IMG/VR virus record: IMGVR_UViG_3300032288_001098
Location: 1-61,273 of that record
DNA length: 61,273 nucleotides
Origin: a virus
Lineage: Duplodnaviria; Caudoviricetes
Strand: one strand, 5' to 3'
Under the pieces are notes generated by a model, which saw nothing but the letters and a program-made list of their open reading frames with translations, was not told the origin of the DNA and did not search any database. The translations under genes were made by a program, and so were the position numbers. This document shows positions 19,293 to 29,341 of this stretch, one piece after another (positions within the stretch are counted from its first letter, which is position 1; each line of letters starts with the position of its first letter).

Positions 19293-19796
19293 TCAACTCA
19301 GAAAAAGGGAACGCTCTGCTTGGCGGCGTTTAACCAATCCGGGCAGAACCTTGCCCCCGCCCTTGGTCCAGTCCATCAGGGCGTCAGCCGCCCCCTCCCA
19401 GTCATCGCGGTTGGCCCGCATCCTGATCTGGCTGCGCTGGAGGTTGCCTAAACCGGCGTTGAATGCAAAACTGACCAAAGCGTCAAAGCTGCCTTGACGG
19501 CCAAGTACGCCGGGAACAAGTCGAAGAACACCACGTTCAAACAGCGCGACATCATCACGGAATAGCTTGTCGATCTCGTTTTTCGTCCAAACACGGTTGT
19601 CCTCCGGCTTGAGGGGGTACTCGTTGCGAATCTGGCCCGTGTAGCCTTCCTTGCGGATTACGGGCAGGCGAATCTGGTCTTGGTACAGCACATGGCCGTA
19701 GCCAATCGTCCAGATGTGGGCGGGGCAAAGATACGGCCTGCTACGGAAACCCTCGTAGCGGTGCATCAGGTCTTCCCCGGCTTTAGACAGCTTCAT
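19293..19796 (-). CDS. Endolysin, GH24 lysozyme
   Basis: YEG..PYLCPA..WTIGYGH, FDALVSFAFNAG, GLVKRRQAE. Confidence 0.92.
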   Translation of the reverse strand: MKLSKAGEDLMHRYEGFRSRPYLCPAHIWTIGYGHVLYQDQIRLPVIRKEGYTGQIRNEYPLKPEDNRVWTKNEIDKLFRDDVALFERGVLRLVPGVLGRQGSFDALVSFAFNAGLGNLQRSQIRMRANRDDWEGAADALMDWTKGGGKVLPGLVKRRQAERSLFLS

Positions 19797-19953
19797 CGTC
19801 TTCTCTGTCAAGACTTTCTTGAATCAACTGCTGCTTAACAAGCTCCAGCACGCCAATTACAGTTGCCATGTACAGCGATTCGTCGTACTTGTGAATGGCT
19901 TCAAGCAACTCATCAACCAGCCCGTCAGCAAGTTTTCCTTGGCTCAAGATCAT
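19783..19953 (-). CDS. Hypothetical protein
   Basis: Overlaps both neighbours in a tightly packed operon. Confidence 0.5.
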   Translation of the reverse strand: MILSQGKLADGLVDELLEAIHKYDESLYMATVIGVLELVKQQLIQESLDREDDEAV

Positions 19954-20453
19954 TTCTTGCCCCACTGCCTCGACCCAAACCAAAAGCCGATGATGCCCCC
20001 GAGCATCGCCATTTCGTCGTCGCTAAAGATCAGACTTGAATACTTTATGACATCATCAATGTTTTGGATCAGGCCGGAGTGCTGCCACAGATACCAAGCC
20101 ATGAAGGCGTTGATCGCCACAAGCTCGATTACGAAGATGTAGGTCACCGTGGGCCGGACAGTGCCGACGTAGTTGGCAACCCAACGGGAAGCCTTCTCCA
20201 GCACTTTCTCGTCGTGCTTGAGCGCGGCCTCAGTCATCCGGGCGTCAGTCTCCATCGCCACCTGATCGGTGCGGATTTCCTCCATCCGGGCCTGAGCCGC
20301 AAAGCCAGCCGCAGCCAGTTGCAGTTCCCGTTCCGTCTGGAGTTGCATCAGCGCCAGTTCATGCTTCTGGTCGGCCTTGGTCTGGAAGAACTCAAGGAGT
20401 TTGGGCAGGCCGCTGATCAGCAAGCCGCCGAGGGTAGAGAACAGGGATAGCAT
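19950..20453 (-). CDS. Holin-like membrane protein (3TM type)
   Basis: VRPTVTY, transmembrane segments, GFWFGSR end; near lysozyme. Confidence 0.7.
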   Translation of the reverse strand: MLSLFSTLGGLLISGLPKLLEFFQTKADQKHELALMQLQTERELQLAAAGFAAQARMEEIRTDQVAMETDARMTEAALKHDEKVLEKASRWVANYVGTVRPTVTYIFVIELVAINAFMAWYLWQHSGLIQNIDDVIKYSSLIFSDDEMAMLGGIIGFWFGSRQWGKK

Positions 20454-20454
20454 T

Positions 20455-20919
20455 TCACTTCTCCAGCATGAAAGAGAGGTTTTCGTGGCGAGGGTACGTC
20501 ACCACCCGTTCGCCTTCGGGGCATTTGTACTTGATGATAGCCGTCAGGGTGGCTTTACCGGGCGCTACGGTTTCTTTGTCAGACAGCTTCAGTTGGTACG
20601 CGAAGGTGTCAATTTGATCGCCCGCTGGGCCAGTGAACTTGCTGGTTGACGGCGTGGCATCGTGCATCATCCCTGCTGCGTCTCTTACCGTGGGGGTAAA
20701 AGCCTCCACGGAGCAATCGTCGCGCCTCTTGATGCGAGCCACAGTCACATTAATCGGCTGACCAATTTTGGCTGCGGGAATCTTAAAATGATCAGGTGCC
20801 CACTCAATAATGGGCCTTTGGAACCAGCCAAACTTGTCTCCAGCAGTGTAGCCGCCAACCAACAACGCAAATGTTGCGGTGACAAACTGCACAACAGGCG
20901 TCAGCTTTGGAAGTTCCAT
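20455..20919 (-). CDS. Membrane-anchored hypothetical protein in lysis region
   Basis: N-terminal TM segment, two Cys; operon packing. Confidence 0.55.
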   Translation of the reverse strand: MELPKLTPVVQFVTATFALLVGGYTAGDKFGWFQRPIIEWAPDHFKIPAAKIGQPINVTVARIKRRDDCSVEAFTPTVRDAAGMMHDATPSTSKFTGPAGDQIDTFAYQLKLSDKETVAPGKATLTAIIKYKCPEGERVVTYPRHENLSFMLEK

Positions 20920-21335
20920 TACCCTTCTTTCTTGGCGGTGACCACATCGTCACCCTTGCGAACCGTTACCCGATCACCCTCAACATCCACACGCATAGGC
21001 TGCTCGGGGCGGTCCAGCCGGTCAAGGCGCTCGATCAAGGACTTGATCACCTCAAACTCGGGCTTTTCTTCCTTGGTGGAAGCGCCTGCGATGCCGTTGA
21101 GCATGGAGATCAGGGCCGTCAAAGCGGCACCCAAAAGCCCCATGACAGCGGCAATCTTCTCATTCTCCAGCACGATGGAGGCCGTCACGCCGATGATGAC
21201 GATCAGGGTAATGTAGAACAACCCCTGCTTGCCGATAGCCTTGCCAGCCACATCTTTGGCGGAGGATTGGGACTCAAGCCGATTGAGTTCGGCTCGGGCT
21301 TTTTCCTTGAAGATTCTCAGTTCGTTGTCATCCAT
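20919..21335 (-). CDS. Two-TM membrane protein
   Basis: Two hydrophobic helices; operon packing. Confidence 0.6.
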   Translation of the reverse strand: MDDNELRIFKEKARAELNRLESQSSAKDVAGKAIGKQGLFYITLIVIIGVTASIVLENEKIAAVMGLLGAALTALISMLNGIAGASTKEEKPEFEVIKSLIERLDRLDRPEQPMRVDVEGDRVTVRKGDDVVTAKKEG

Positions 21336-21338
21336 GAT

Positions 21339-21752
21339 TTAAAAATCTGCGGGAGTTATTGGAACCCAAGATAGAGTGGGCTCACTCCATCTATAACCCA
21401 TAACACCTTGAGGCCAAGGCTTGGCTGGTTGAGGTATCGGCGCTTCCCACAAATAGGAAAAGCCGTTCATTACCCAAGAGGGGTAGGGCTTTTTAGGAGT
21501 AAAGCCCGGACCTCCCGGCCCGTTTGGTAACCATGTGTATCCAACGCCAGCAAAGTTCTTCCTAAATGCTTTGCTTTGATCAGGATCGGGCGTTATGGTA
21601 TTTGGGATGTAGTAAATGCCGCCACGAGTGTTGTAGCTTGTCTGTATCCACTTGGATGGATCACCCCAAATACCAGTGTTAATCTCGTCCTGATCTATTA
21701 CCAGAACCTGCAACACAGTATTGCTGTCATTGATTTGAGCAAAGTGAGCCAT
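21339..21752 (-). CDS. Tail-fibre-associated protein
   Basis: MAHFAQI..WIQTSYNT..RKNFAGVGY..PYPSW motif, typical partner of Gly-rich fibre genes. Confidence 0.65.
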   Translation of the reverse strand: MAHFAQINDSNTVLQVLVIDQDEINTGIWGDPSKWIQTSYNTRGGIYYIPNTITPDPDQSKAFRKNFAGVGYTWLPNGPGGPGFTPKKPYPSWVMNGFSYLWEAPIPQPAKPWPQGVMGYRWSEPTLSWVPITPADF

Positions 21753-21754
21753 GA

Positions 21755-22696
21755 TCAGGTAGTAAATGTGCCAGAAGAGTTAAACGTGTGGTATGTGTAA
21801 CCGCCGCTTTGAGTAATTGTTCCTCCGGTGGCTTGAGGGGTTCCTGCGTAGCGAATAACCACAACTCCAGAGCCGCCCGCATACCCGTTTACACCATCAC
21901 CGCCGCTGCCACCGCCACCCCTATTGGCTGTGCCTGACGATCCAGAACCTCCGCCGCCTGCGCCACCAGCCCCCTGTGAATAGGTTGTGGTCACGTAATA
22001 ATTGCCCGGAATGTAAAACAGGAGGTACAGACCAAGCCCACCACCACCGCCTGCGTAGGTTGTTCCGTTGCTCCACGTTGTTCCTGCGCCGCCAGCTCCA
22101 CCCACTGCGCCAGATACGGACTGACCCGCCGCATTTGCACCGCCACCACCTCCAGAGCCGCCAAAGGCTTCAATATAATCAGGTGGGTTGTTGCTGAGGT
22201 AATACCCTGTACCACCGGAATTTCCTTGACCAGAGGTGCCCGCACCTGCCGAGTTGTCCGCAGGAGAACCGCCAGCCCCAGAACCACCGCTTCGTGTTCC
22301 TGAACCACATCCGCCGCCAGATGAAGTCAGCGAGTTAAATGTAGAGTTTGAACCAACACTAAAACCATCAGCGCCACCAGCACCAACCGTGACTGTAAAT
22401 GCCTGCGATCTGGCCAGAGCTGCGCTTCCAGTTCTATAGCCGCCAGCCCCGCCTCCGCCACCATAAGAAAAAGTCTCAAAATTCTCCGCTCTTCCACCGC
22501 CGCCACCAGCAACAACAAGATATTCAACCGACAAAGTATTGGCTTTGCCACGCAGATTGTTCATGCTGATCGTGCCTGTGGGCACACCGGCAAGCGTCCT
22601 GACGTTAGTTTGGTTCAGGGAGATCGTGGTTGTTGACGCCAAGTTTAACTCGACGTTGACCTGCGACATTGATATGGTACCGGTTGGCAGTGCCAT
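21755..22696 (-). CDS. Glycine-rich tail/receptor-binding protein
   Basis: VEYLVVAGGGGG..GGSGVVVIRY glycine-rich domain. Confidence 0.7.
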   Translation of the reverse strand: MALPTGTISMSQVNVELNLASTTTISLNQTNVRTLAGVPTGTISMNNLRGKANTLSVEYLVVAGGGGGRAENFETFSYGGGGGAGGYRTGSAALARSQAFTVTVGAGGADGFSVGSNSTFNSLTSSGGGCGSGTRSGGSGAGGSPADNSAGAGTSGQGNSGGTGYYLSNNPPDYIEAFGGSGGGGGANAAGQSVSGAVGGAGGAGTTWSNGTTYAGGGGGLGLYLLFYIPGNYYVTTTYSQGAGGAGGGGSGSSGTANRGGGGSGGDGVNGYAGGSGVVVIRYAGTPQATGGTITQSGGYTYHTFNSSGTFTT

Positions 22697-22706
22697 GCTC
22701 TACCTC

Positions 22707-23588
22707 TTACGGCGTGCCGTATGCGGTTACGTTGTCTTTTGCTGTGATAGCACCTGCCGTGGTCACCGAGAAGATCGTTACGCCCCCCGACTTGATGACC
22801 AATTTACCGCTCTCCTCCAAAATGGTGAAGTTGGTTGTTGTTACTTGATTGACATTGCCAGAAAGCGTCAAATTGCCTGTGGAAGTTACCGTTCCGCCCA
22901 GCGTGAGGCCGCTTGTGGTGCCTGTGCCGCCGACAGATGTAACGGTTCCGCTACCAGTGCCAGCCCCGATGGCCGTCCTAAAATCTGCGGCATTGAGTGC
23001 GGTCACGGTGTTGTCTGCATTTAAACGAACAAACGTAACGGCGCTGGGATTGGTGAGTGTAAACAGGTTTGCGCCCACCGTGGTGGCACCGAGGTTTGTG
23101 CGGGCGGAAGAGGCTGTAGAAGCTCCTGTCCCGCCATCTGCTATTGCAAGGTCGGTATCCAACACCAAAGAGGACAGATAGTTGATGGGCAAGCCAACAT
23201 CTGTGGCGTCGTTGTAGACAAATGTGCGTTTTCCCGCAGGGACAGTAACGCCAGTCTGGCCCGTAACTTTGACCGTGATTGCGTAGCTTGAGTTATTGAG
23301 AATGATGTAAGGCTTCTCAATCGCTGGCACATTGAGTGTTCCGGCTGCGCTCAGTGCTGCCGAGTCAATCTTCAGGCACAGTGCCCGAGCGTCCTGCGCG
23401 GTGTTGACATTGGCAAGGGTCAGGGTACAGACGTTGGCGGTGAAGTCGCCGGAAACCAACGTGGCCATGCCCACAATGGCCTGCTCGATGGCCGTCCCAA
23501 TGTTGGTGTTGGTGGTGTTACCCCATGTGCCGGACTGTTCGCCCGTGCCGATGAGTTCAAACTTCAGACTTGAGAACGTGCTGGACAT
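22707..23588 (-). CDS. Tail fibre protein
   Basis: GEQSGTWG, LAIADGGTGA..ARTNLG, GTVTSVG motifs. Confidence 0.7.
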   Translation of the reverse strand: MSSTFSSLKFELIGTGEQSGTWGNTTNTNIGTAIEQAIVGMATLVSGDFTANVCTLTLANVNTAQDARALCLKIDSAALSAAGTLNVPAIEKPYIILNNSSYAITVKVTGQTGVTVPAGKRTFVYNDATDVGLPINYLSSLVLDTDLAIADGGTGASTASSARTNLGATTVGANLFTLTNPSAVTFVRLNADNTVTALNAADFRTAIGAGTGSGTVTSVGGTGTTSGLTLGGTVTSTGNLTLSGNVNQVTTTNFTILEESGKLVIKSGGVTIFSVTTAGAITAKDNVTAYGTP

Positions 23589-23622
23589 GCTGGCCCCTTT
23601 GGTGCTGGGTTAATTTTAAGAC

Positions 23623-24093
23623 TTATGGAGTCTCATTGCTAGTCGCTGGCGTGTTCAAAATGGCATCAGCCTCGGCCTGCGTCAGACGAAAAACATCTGG
23701 GAAAGCAGCATTGGTCATCATGGTCACATAGTCCACGGTTTCCTGCGCCTTGAGGTCCACATTGCTCACCACGCCCAGACGGTTGTTGGCCGTAATCAGC
23801 AGTGACCGCAGACTGTACAGGTCATCGCCAGTGACACCAAGAGAGGCCGCATAGCCCGAGTCAGTGAGGAATAGCGTTGCCAGATCGTACTTGGTGGAAA
23901 CGCCATTGGCCGTCAGCGGGAAGCGGTTTTGCATGGCATTGCGGGTAATGATCCAAGTTGGTGCTGGAGTTGGGGCCGGTGGCTCAGGAACCTCGCGGTA
24001 ATTACCATCCGGGTAGTTGGCCTGCATGAATTCGGGGTCAGCCACGATGGTATTCGTGACATCGCCCTGTGGATCAAGGATTTCGTAAATCAT
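23623..24093 (-). CDS. Hypothetical (fibre chaperone-like) protein
   Basis: RBS GAGG; follows a Gly-rich gene. Confidence 0.55.
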   Translation of the reverse strand: MIYEILDPQGDVTNTIVADPEFMQANYPDGNYREVPEPPAPTPAPTWIITRNAMQNRFPLTANGVSTKYDLATLFLTDSGYAASLGVTGDDLYSLRSLLITANNRLGVVSNVDLKAQETVDYVTMMTNAAFPDVFRLTQAEADAILNTPATSNETP

Positions 24094-24102
24094 GTTTGCC
24101 TC

Positions 24103-24912
24103 TTAACTGATGAACCACTCAATGATGACGCCACCAACACCACCAGCGCCGCCAGCTCCGGTTGTTATAATGCCCCCACCACCGCCGCCACCAAAAGTTC
24201 CACCTGCACCGCCACTTGCGGTAGTGGCAGTGCCGCCAGCCCCGCCAGAAAAAAAGCCAGCTGCGTTACCAGCAATATCGCCTGTGCCACCCTGACCGTT
24301 TAAGGGCCTGTAGACAAGCGCAGTTCCATCCCAATACACATAAAACCCACCAAGAGGCAACAAAAGCCGACCATTTAAATTAGAAAGATTGCCGCTAGAT
24401 AACGGTATAAGCGAGGAATCAGGAAAAAGCCCAACACTACGAGTGCCGGTTGCAGGGGTAGTGCCGTACACGCCAACTGCGCCCCCTCCACTTGAGTTTG
24501 CGTTAGAAGCAGAGCCGCCGGTAACGTTCCATATAGTACCGCCCGAGGCTGTACCGCCAGCCGTTGTTCCGGTTGTTGTACCGCCCGATCCACCATTTGC
24601 GGTCATGGTAGTCAACCCTGTACCGCTGACGGATGTGTTGCCCCCAGCACCGCCGTTGGTGCTATTAGTTCCAGCAGCACCAGCAGCCCCAACAGTGATT
24701 GTCAAAGCCACGCCAGACGATAGCGTTACAAGCGTTTGCGCCAGCCCACCAGCGCCGCCACCCCTGCGTGTCCCACCACCGCCGCCACCACCACCACCAA
24801 TAGCAGTAATGAGGTATTTTGTTGCAAGCGGCGTAGTAAACGTGGTTGATGCCGTAAAAGCCTGCTGCATCGGAATGCCGTCAGTATTGAAAAACTGCGT
24901 CAAATTACTCAT
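24103..24912 (-). CDS. Glycine-rich tail/receptor-binding protein
   Basis: AIGGGGGGG..GGVGGVIIEW. Confidence 0.7.
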   Translation of the reverse strand: MSNLTQFFNTDGIPMQQAFTASTTFTTPLATKYLITAIGGGGGGGGGTRRGGGAGGLAQTLVTLSSGVALTITVGAAGAAGTNSTNGGAGGNTSVSGTGLTTMTANGGSGGTTTGTTAGGTASGGTIWNVTGGSASNANSSGGGAVGVYGTTPATGTRSVGLFPDSSLIPLSSGNLSNLNGRLLLPLGGFYVYWDGTALVYRPLNGQGGTGDIAGNAAGFFSGGAGGTATTASGGAGGTFGGGGGGGIITTGAGGAGGVGGVIIEWFIS

Positions 24913-24923
24913 TCAAATTCTCC

Positions 24924-25742
24924 TTAACCAAACACCCAGCCGCGAGTTGCGTCTGCGTAGACCAGCGTAACGGCGACGTTGGTTGTATTGAGGGTCATAT
25001 CTTCAGCCAACGACATGATGTTGCTGCCGTTGCGCCCGATAACCGCAGTAACGGTTCCGCTGCTGTTTTGAACCATCACAGTGTCGCCAGCAGTGGGTGT
25101 GGCTGGGAGTGTAAGAGTCAACGATGCGGTAAGTACATAGAACGTGCCAGCCGCAGCATTAGCGTTGCCACTGATAACGCTGACTGTTTGCCGGATGGTT
25201 TTGTTGGTCAAGGTCTGTGTGGCGCTATCGAGCACCACAGTGCCTGTGGCATCTGGAAGTGTGGCCGTTCGGGATAAAGACAGCGTGGTTGGAGTAATTG
25301 TTACCGCATAACCACTTGTTCCACCGGCCCGACCGGCAACAACTACAGCATCTTGCGTTGCCGCTGCTTGAGAACGGATGGCGTTAACAGCTTGAAATGT
25401 CTGCGCTGTGGTAAACGTATTTGCAGTACTTGTGGCTACTGAACGACTAGATGGGTATGTAACGAATACATCTTTTGTACCAACACTGAAGTTTACAAGG
25501 TTATTAAAATTGCTGGAAGAAAGAATCGTATCCCGCGACAAAGTAGTACCGGACGAAGTATATGTGCCGATCCCAACCTCCCATTCACTTGTAGTCTGCC
25601 CCGCAATACAGTAAAACGTATTGTTAGAGTCGCCAATCGCTGAAAACGACTGATACCCAATTGACGCTCCCAAGAGCGTGACTGTGCCCGTACCCGCCGT
25701 AGTGGTGGTTTCTTTTACCCGGTCTGCTACGACAAATGCCAT
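24924..25742 (-). CDS. Tail fibre protein
   Basis: DRVKETTTT..WEVGIGTY; TLTNKT; LVYADATRGW end. Confidence 0.7.
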   Translation of the reverse strand: MAFVVADRVKETTTTAGTGTVTLLGASIGYQSFSAIGDSNNTFYCIAGQTTSEWEVGIGTYTSSGTTLSRDTILSSSNFNNLVNFSVGTKDVFVTYPSSRSVATSTANTFTTAQTFQAVNAIRSQAAATQDAVVVAGRAGGTSGYAVTITPTTLSLSRTATLPDATGTVVLDSATQTLTNKTIRQTVSVISGNANAAAGTFYVLTASLTLTLPATPTAGDTVMVQNSSGTVTAVIGRNGSNIMSLAEDMTLNTTNVAVTLVYADATRGWVFG

Positions 25743-25751
25743 GATCTATCC

Positions 25752-26729
25752 TTACGTTGACATTTCCACATCAGTCCAATTCGGCGTTTGTGCGTTATCC
25801 ACATTTTGCCAAGTTGAAGACTGGCTGTCATCAATTAAAACCCAATTTGGATTCTGGCCATCATCAATCAAGGACCAGTAAAACGCCGCAAAACTTCCAA
25901 CTTGTCCTACCGCCTGCACACCCGTGATTGTCACAGTCCTTACCGAACTTACAGAACCCACCTCTGCACCGGCCTGCACCCCACTGATAGCGACGAGATA
26001 TGAGTAATTGACCGACCCAACTGCACCAACTGCCTGCGTGCCGGTAATCCCAATCTCTCGCAAACTGCCAACTGAGCCAACTGAGCCATATTCAATAACG
26101 CCAGTAACCGGCAGCAGCCTCGGTCCGACGGCCAAATTGCCAGCCTGACCTGCGGCCTCAACACCAACAAGCGTAGGTGAGGATTGAGTACCAACACTCC
26201 CAACCGTCCCAGTCGCTCCAACACCAGATATGGATACCGTATGAACCGGAGTTACCGTACCGGCATACAGATCGGCATGGTCACCAGAAATAGTGTTGCT
26301 TGGCGCAATACTAACCAGCCCCACAAAGCCCTCTGCCGATACGCTCGACAGCGTGGGCGATATGGTGACCGCCGCGATAGAACCAACTGCGCCGTTGGCT
26401 TGGACCCCGGAGCTTGCAAGCTGATGGTCTGGGGTTGCCGTCCCAAGCAGCCCGGATGCCGCAACGCCGGACAGGGCAATCGTTATGGAACCGCTGACAG
26501 AACCAACTGCCCCGCTGGCCTCAACCCCAGTGATGCCGTATGACTCTCCACCATTGACCGTTCCAACTTGCCCTTCGGCGGCTACACCCGTGAGTGCAAC
26601 TGTTAAAGAAACGCCAACATTACCGGTAGCGCCAGACGCCTGTACGCCCGTCAGAGCGACAGTAACATTTGCTCCCTCAACAAGCGAGGAAAACGGTGCG
26701 CCTGAGAATGGGGCTATTCCAAACGTCAT
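25752..26729 (-). CDS. Virion structural protein with ~21-aa G/V/S repeats
   Basis: Repeated (L/I)xGVxAxGxVGxV units. Confidence 0.65.
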   Translation of the reverse strand: MTFGIAPFSGAPFSSLVEGANVTVALTGVQASGATGNVGVSLTVALTGVAAEGQVGTVNGGESYGITGVEASGAVGSVSGSITIALSGVAASGLLGTATPDHQLASSGVQANGAVGSIAAVTISPTLSSVSAEGFVGLVSIAPSNTISGDHADLYAGTVTPVHTVSISGVGATGTVGSVGTQSSPTLVGVEAAGQAGNLAVGPRLLPVTGVIEYGSVGSVGSLREIGITGTQAVGAVGSVNYSYLVAISGVQAGAEVGSVSSVRTVTITGVQAVGQVGSFAAFYWSLIDDGQNPNWVLIDDSQSSTWQNVDNAQTPNWTDVEMST

Positions 26730-26760
26730 GGCTACTCAGCGGGTTTGTCCCGCCGCCCTA

Positions 26761-27219
26761 TCAGGTTGTAGCCAGACGCAGCAAAGCGTTCGTCGTGTTG
26801 TTAGTCGGCATCGTCAGGGTAAACGTACCCGCCGTCACCGTCTGCGAACCAAACGTGTGGACGCTAACCGCCTTGTTCGACTTGGTGGAGTTATAGATCA
26901 GCACCGCATCAAACGCAGTTGTCAGCGTGACGTTGGTGTAGGTAATCGAAGCAGATGGAGTCCAGTACGCAACGCCCGCTGTGGCCGTAGAGTTTGTTGA
27001 TGCTGGAGAAGTTCCGTTAGTAACTGCCACGCCGCCGGGGGTGTAGTTTGTACCAGTAACTTCCCCGGAGGTTGAGTAGGCCGTAGTCGAAGCGTTGTAA
27101 GTGGCAGAAGCCTCATACAAAGCGGCCTTGAATGTATCACCAGTGCCGGTTGTGAAATCGTGCGTTGCCGTCAGGAGTTCTCGCATGAACGACGTACACA
27201 TACTTTGGGTGTTTGCCAT
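26761..27219 (-). CDS. Virion structural protein (paralog of 27436-27882)
   Basis: Shared SF..ELL..HDF..FK.ALY..GG..LIYNST..NK.V.V..FG. Confidence 0.7.
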   Translation of the reverse strand: MANTQSMCTSFMRELLTATHDFTTGTGDTFKAALYEASATYNASTTAYSTSGEVTGTNYTPGGVAVTNGTSPASTNSTATAGVAYWTPSASITYTNVTLTTAFDAVLIYNSTKSNKAVSVHTFGSQTVTAGTFTLTMPTNNTTNALLRLATT

Positions 27220-27230
27220 GTTTGGCTCCT

Positions 27231-27425
27231 TTAATTAAATGACGCAGCTTCTGCACCCATCGGGGGCATCTTCTTCAGTTGCACATGCACAGATCGGTGG
27301 ACAATCTCACCGCCCAACCAATACTCGACCCATGTCGTGTACTCGTTGTCATTATCGACGAAGCCATCCTTTTTCTCAAGCAAGGATTCGTCCATATCGC
27401 CTTTGGTCGTGGTGATCAGTGCCAT
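27231..27425 (-). CDS. Small conserved phage protein
   Basis: MALITTTKGDMD..WVEYW..VHRSVHV. Confidence 0.6.
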   Translation of the reverse strand: MALITTTKGDMDESLLEKKDGFVDNDNEYTTWVEYWLGGEIVHRSVHVQLKKMPPMGAEAASFN

Positions 27426-27435
27426 GTTTGTGTCT

Positions 27436-27882
27436 TTATGAAATACGGACAATTGCGCTGTTGGGATCGGCTGTCGGGAATGTGATCTGGAACGTGTCGT
27501 TTGCAACCGTCTTGTCGGAACCAAAATCCAGCACCGCCACCGATTTATTTCCCTGCGTGGAGTTGTAAATCAACGCCGCCCGGGCTGTGAAAGAAGCTCC
27601 CGCCCACGATGTATTGGCAAACGAAATGTATGCCGTTGGCACGCCAGAGTTGTTGTTCGCTGCGGTCGGGCTGATACTGATTGTCAGTGTGTTACCGCCT
27701 GCGGAATACCCAGTGCCCACCACTTCGTTTGTTGCCGTGTAAACGGTTGTGTCATACCCAAGATTTGCGTCAGCCGTATACAGCGCAACCTTGAATGTGT
27801 TGGGCGAAGTCGGGCCAAAGTTGTGAACGCCTTGCAGCAGCTCAACCTTGAAAGAGGTGGTTGCAGTTTGAAGAATCGACAT
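27436..27882 (-). CDS. Virion structural protein (paralog of 26761-27219)
   Basis: Motifs shared with 26761-27219. Confidence 0.7.
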   Translation of the reverse strand: MSILQTATTSFKVELLQGVHNFGPTSPNTFKVALYTADANLGYDTTVYTATNEVVGTGYSAGGNTLTISISPTAANNNSGVPTAYISFANTSWAGASFTARAALIYNSTQGNKSVAVLDFGSDKTVANDTFQITFPTADPNSAIVRIS

Positions 27883-27883
27883 A

Positions 27884-28573
27884 TCAAGTCACTGGCTGGC
27901 GGTACTGTCCAGACCTGTACGCATCCTGACGCTCCATACCATCTCCCAGACGTTTTGCCAAAGCCAAGGCTTCCATGTACTTTGTGTTGTACAACTGAAG
28001 CATGTCGGCCTCACCCTTCATGTAGGTGTAGGCTTCCATCAATGAGCCATATAGCAGCACGCTGTCAAAGTTGTCGCCAAGCCATGTTGTGTTGGCGGTG
28101 ACAATTGATTCTGGGTAATAGTAGTAATGAAGTTCCAACTTGTAGTTGGCGTCTGGTGTTGGCCCAATAATAAAAGTCAATTCCGGCGTGATGGTTGTTG
28201 CGCCGGATATGGTCGGGCCAAACAGTGCGTAATATCGAGGCGTTCCGGTGTCGTTTGGTGTTGGATAGGCTTGCCGGATGAAGTTTACATCCTTGTTGAG
28301 CAGATACTCATACGTGCCTGTGTTGATGTCGCCGCCAACAACGTCCGTAACAACAGCAAGTGAATACACCGCAAGAAAATCATTTGGCGCGGCCACATAC
28401 TTATTGTTTGCGGATGTATTGCCCACCATATTCTTGCGCAGCGAGGGGAACTGCACCGAGTTGTAGATGCGCTGCTCCGCTTGCTGAACAAACGTAGGAA
28501 TCTGCGCCACGAAGTCCGCACTCGGGTTCTCCGTGTACGCCTGTATGGCCGCGCTCAACTGGCTGTAGTTCAT
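27884..28573 (-). CDS. Head-tail adaptor / tail tubular-like protein
   Basis: MNYSQL..FVQQAEQRI..GPTPD..LLYGSL pattern. Confidence 0.65.
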   Translation of the reverse strand: MNYSQLSAAIQAYTENPSADFVAQIPTFVQQAEQRIYNSVQFPSLRKNMVGNTSANNKYVAAPNDFLAVYSLAVVTDVVGGDINTGTYEYLLNKDVNFIRQAYPTPNDTGTPRYYALFGPTISGATTITPELTFIIGPTPDANYKLELHYYYYPESIVTANTTWLGDNFDSVLLYGSLMEAYTYMKGEADMLQLYNTKYMEALALAKRLGDGMERQDAYRSGQYRQPVT

Positions 28574-28580
28574 TTAAACC

Positions 28581-28781
28581 TCAAGCCATCGGGCCCCGGG
28601 CCATCAAGCCCTTGGTGGCTGCGCCAGTGCCGCGAATCTTGATGCCGCTGGTTTTGACCGGCGGGTAATCTTGGCTTCGCACATTGGCAACAGACACATT
28701 GGCCTTGCGCATGGTCTCTTTGGCAGGCTCTTCACCCACCACCACGTTCGGGACAACCTTGGGAACTTTGTAGGTAGCCAT
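28581..28781 (-). CDS. Small basic protein
   Basis: GIKIRGTGAATKG motif; GGAGG RBS. Confidence 0.65.
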   Translation of the reverse strand: MATYKVPKVVPNVVVGEEPAKETMRKANVSVANVRSQDYPPVKTSGIKIRGTGAATKGLMARGPMA

Positions 28782-28782
28782 A

Positions 28783-28947
28783 TCAGCCTCCCTTGCGACC
28801 GGGGTTACGCTGGTTCACCACCTTGGCCATGTTGCGACCGTACTTGAGCATGTCGGCATTGGTTTTGCCGCCAGCACGCAGTTTGGTCGGCTTCTGGCCG
28901 GGGTGCATGTTTTTCTCGTGCTTGCGCACAGCAGTTTTTGCGTCCAT
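28783..28947 (-). CDS. Small basic protein (54 aa, absent from ORF track)
   Basis: Manual translation MDAKTAVRKHEKNMHPG..LRAGGK..; AGGAG RBS. Confidence 0.6.
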   Translation of the reverse strand: MDAKTAVRKHEKNMHPGQKPTKLRAGGKTNADMLKYGRNMAKVVNQRNPGRKGG

Positions 28948-28948
28948 G

Positions 28949-29341
28949 TCAGACTCCTATCTGTACCGTTACTGTACCAACAACTGCCTGCATTACCAAG
29001 TAATTTGGCGTCAAGGCAGCATCAAAAAATCTGGAGCCCCCAACGGGATTCCAGCCCCACTGAATGTCCCGGGAGCCGCCCGAGGGGTTCCCATTTGCGT
29101 TCACCCCGGAGGTCACGTAGGTGGTGTCCTTGCGAGGATTGCGCACGGCCTGCGGATCGTCCACCGGGTACATGCCAAGTTGAAGCTGCGGGTGGTCTGG
29201 GTCCCAGCACTCCGGGCAGACCATGAGGTCGTAGAGCTTCGTCTTGATGACTTCCCGCTTGAGCAGCTTGAGCTTGAACTGCTGACCGCACCGGTCGCAC
29301 TCCGCAATACTGTTCTTGCCAGAAGCAAACCTGTTTCCCAT
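28949..29341 (-). CDS. Zinc-ribbon protein
   Basis: CDRCG..VCPECWD.DHPQL. Confidence 0.7.
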   Translation of the reverse strand: MGNRFASGKNSIAECDRCGQQFKLKLLKREVIKTKLYDLMVCPECWDPDHPQLQLGMYPVDDPQAVRNPRKDTTYVTSGVNANGNPSGGSRDIQWGWNPVGGSRFFDAALTPNYLVMQAVVGTVTVQIGV

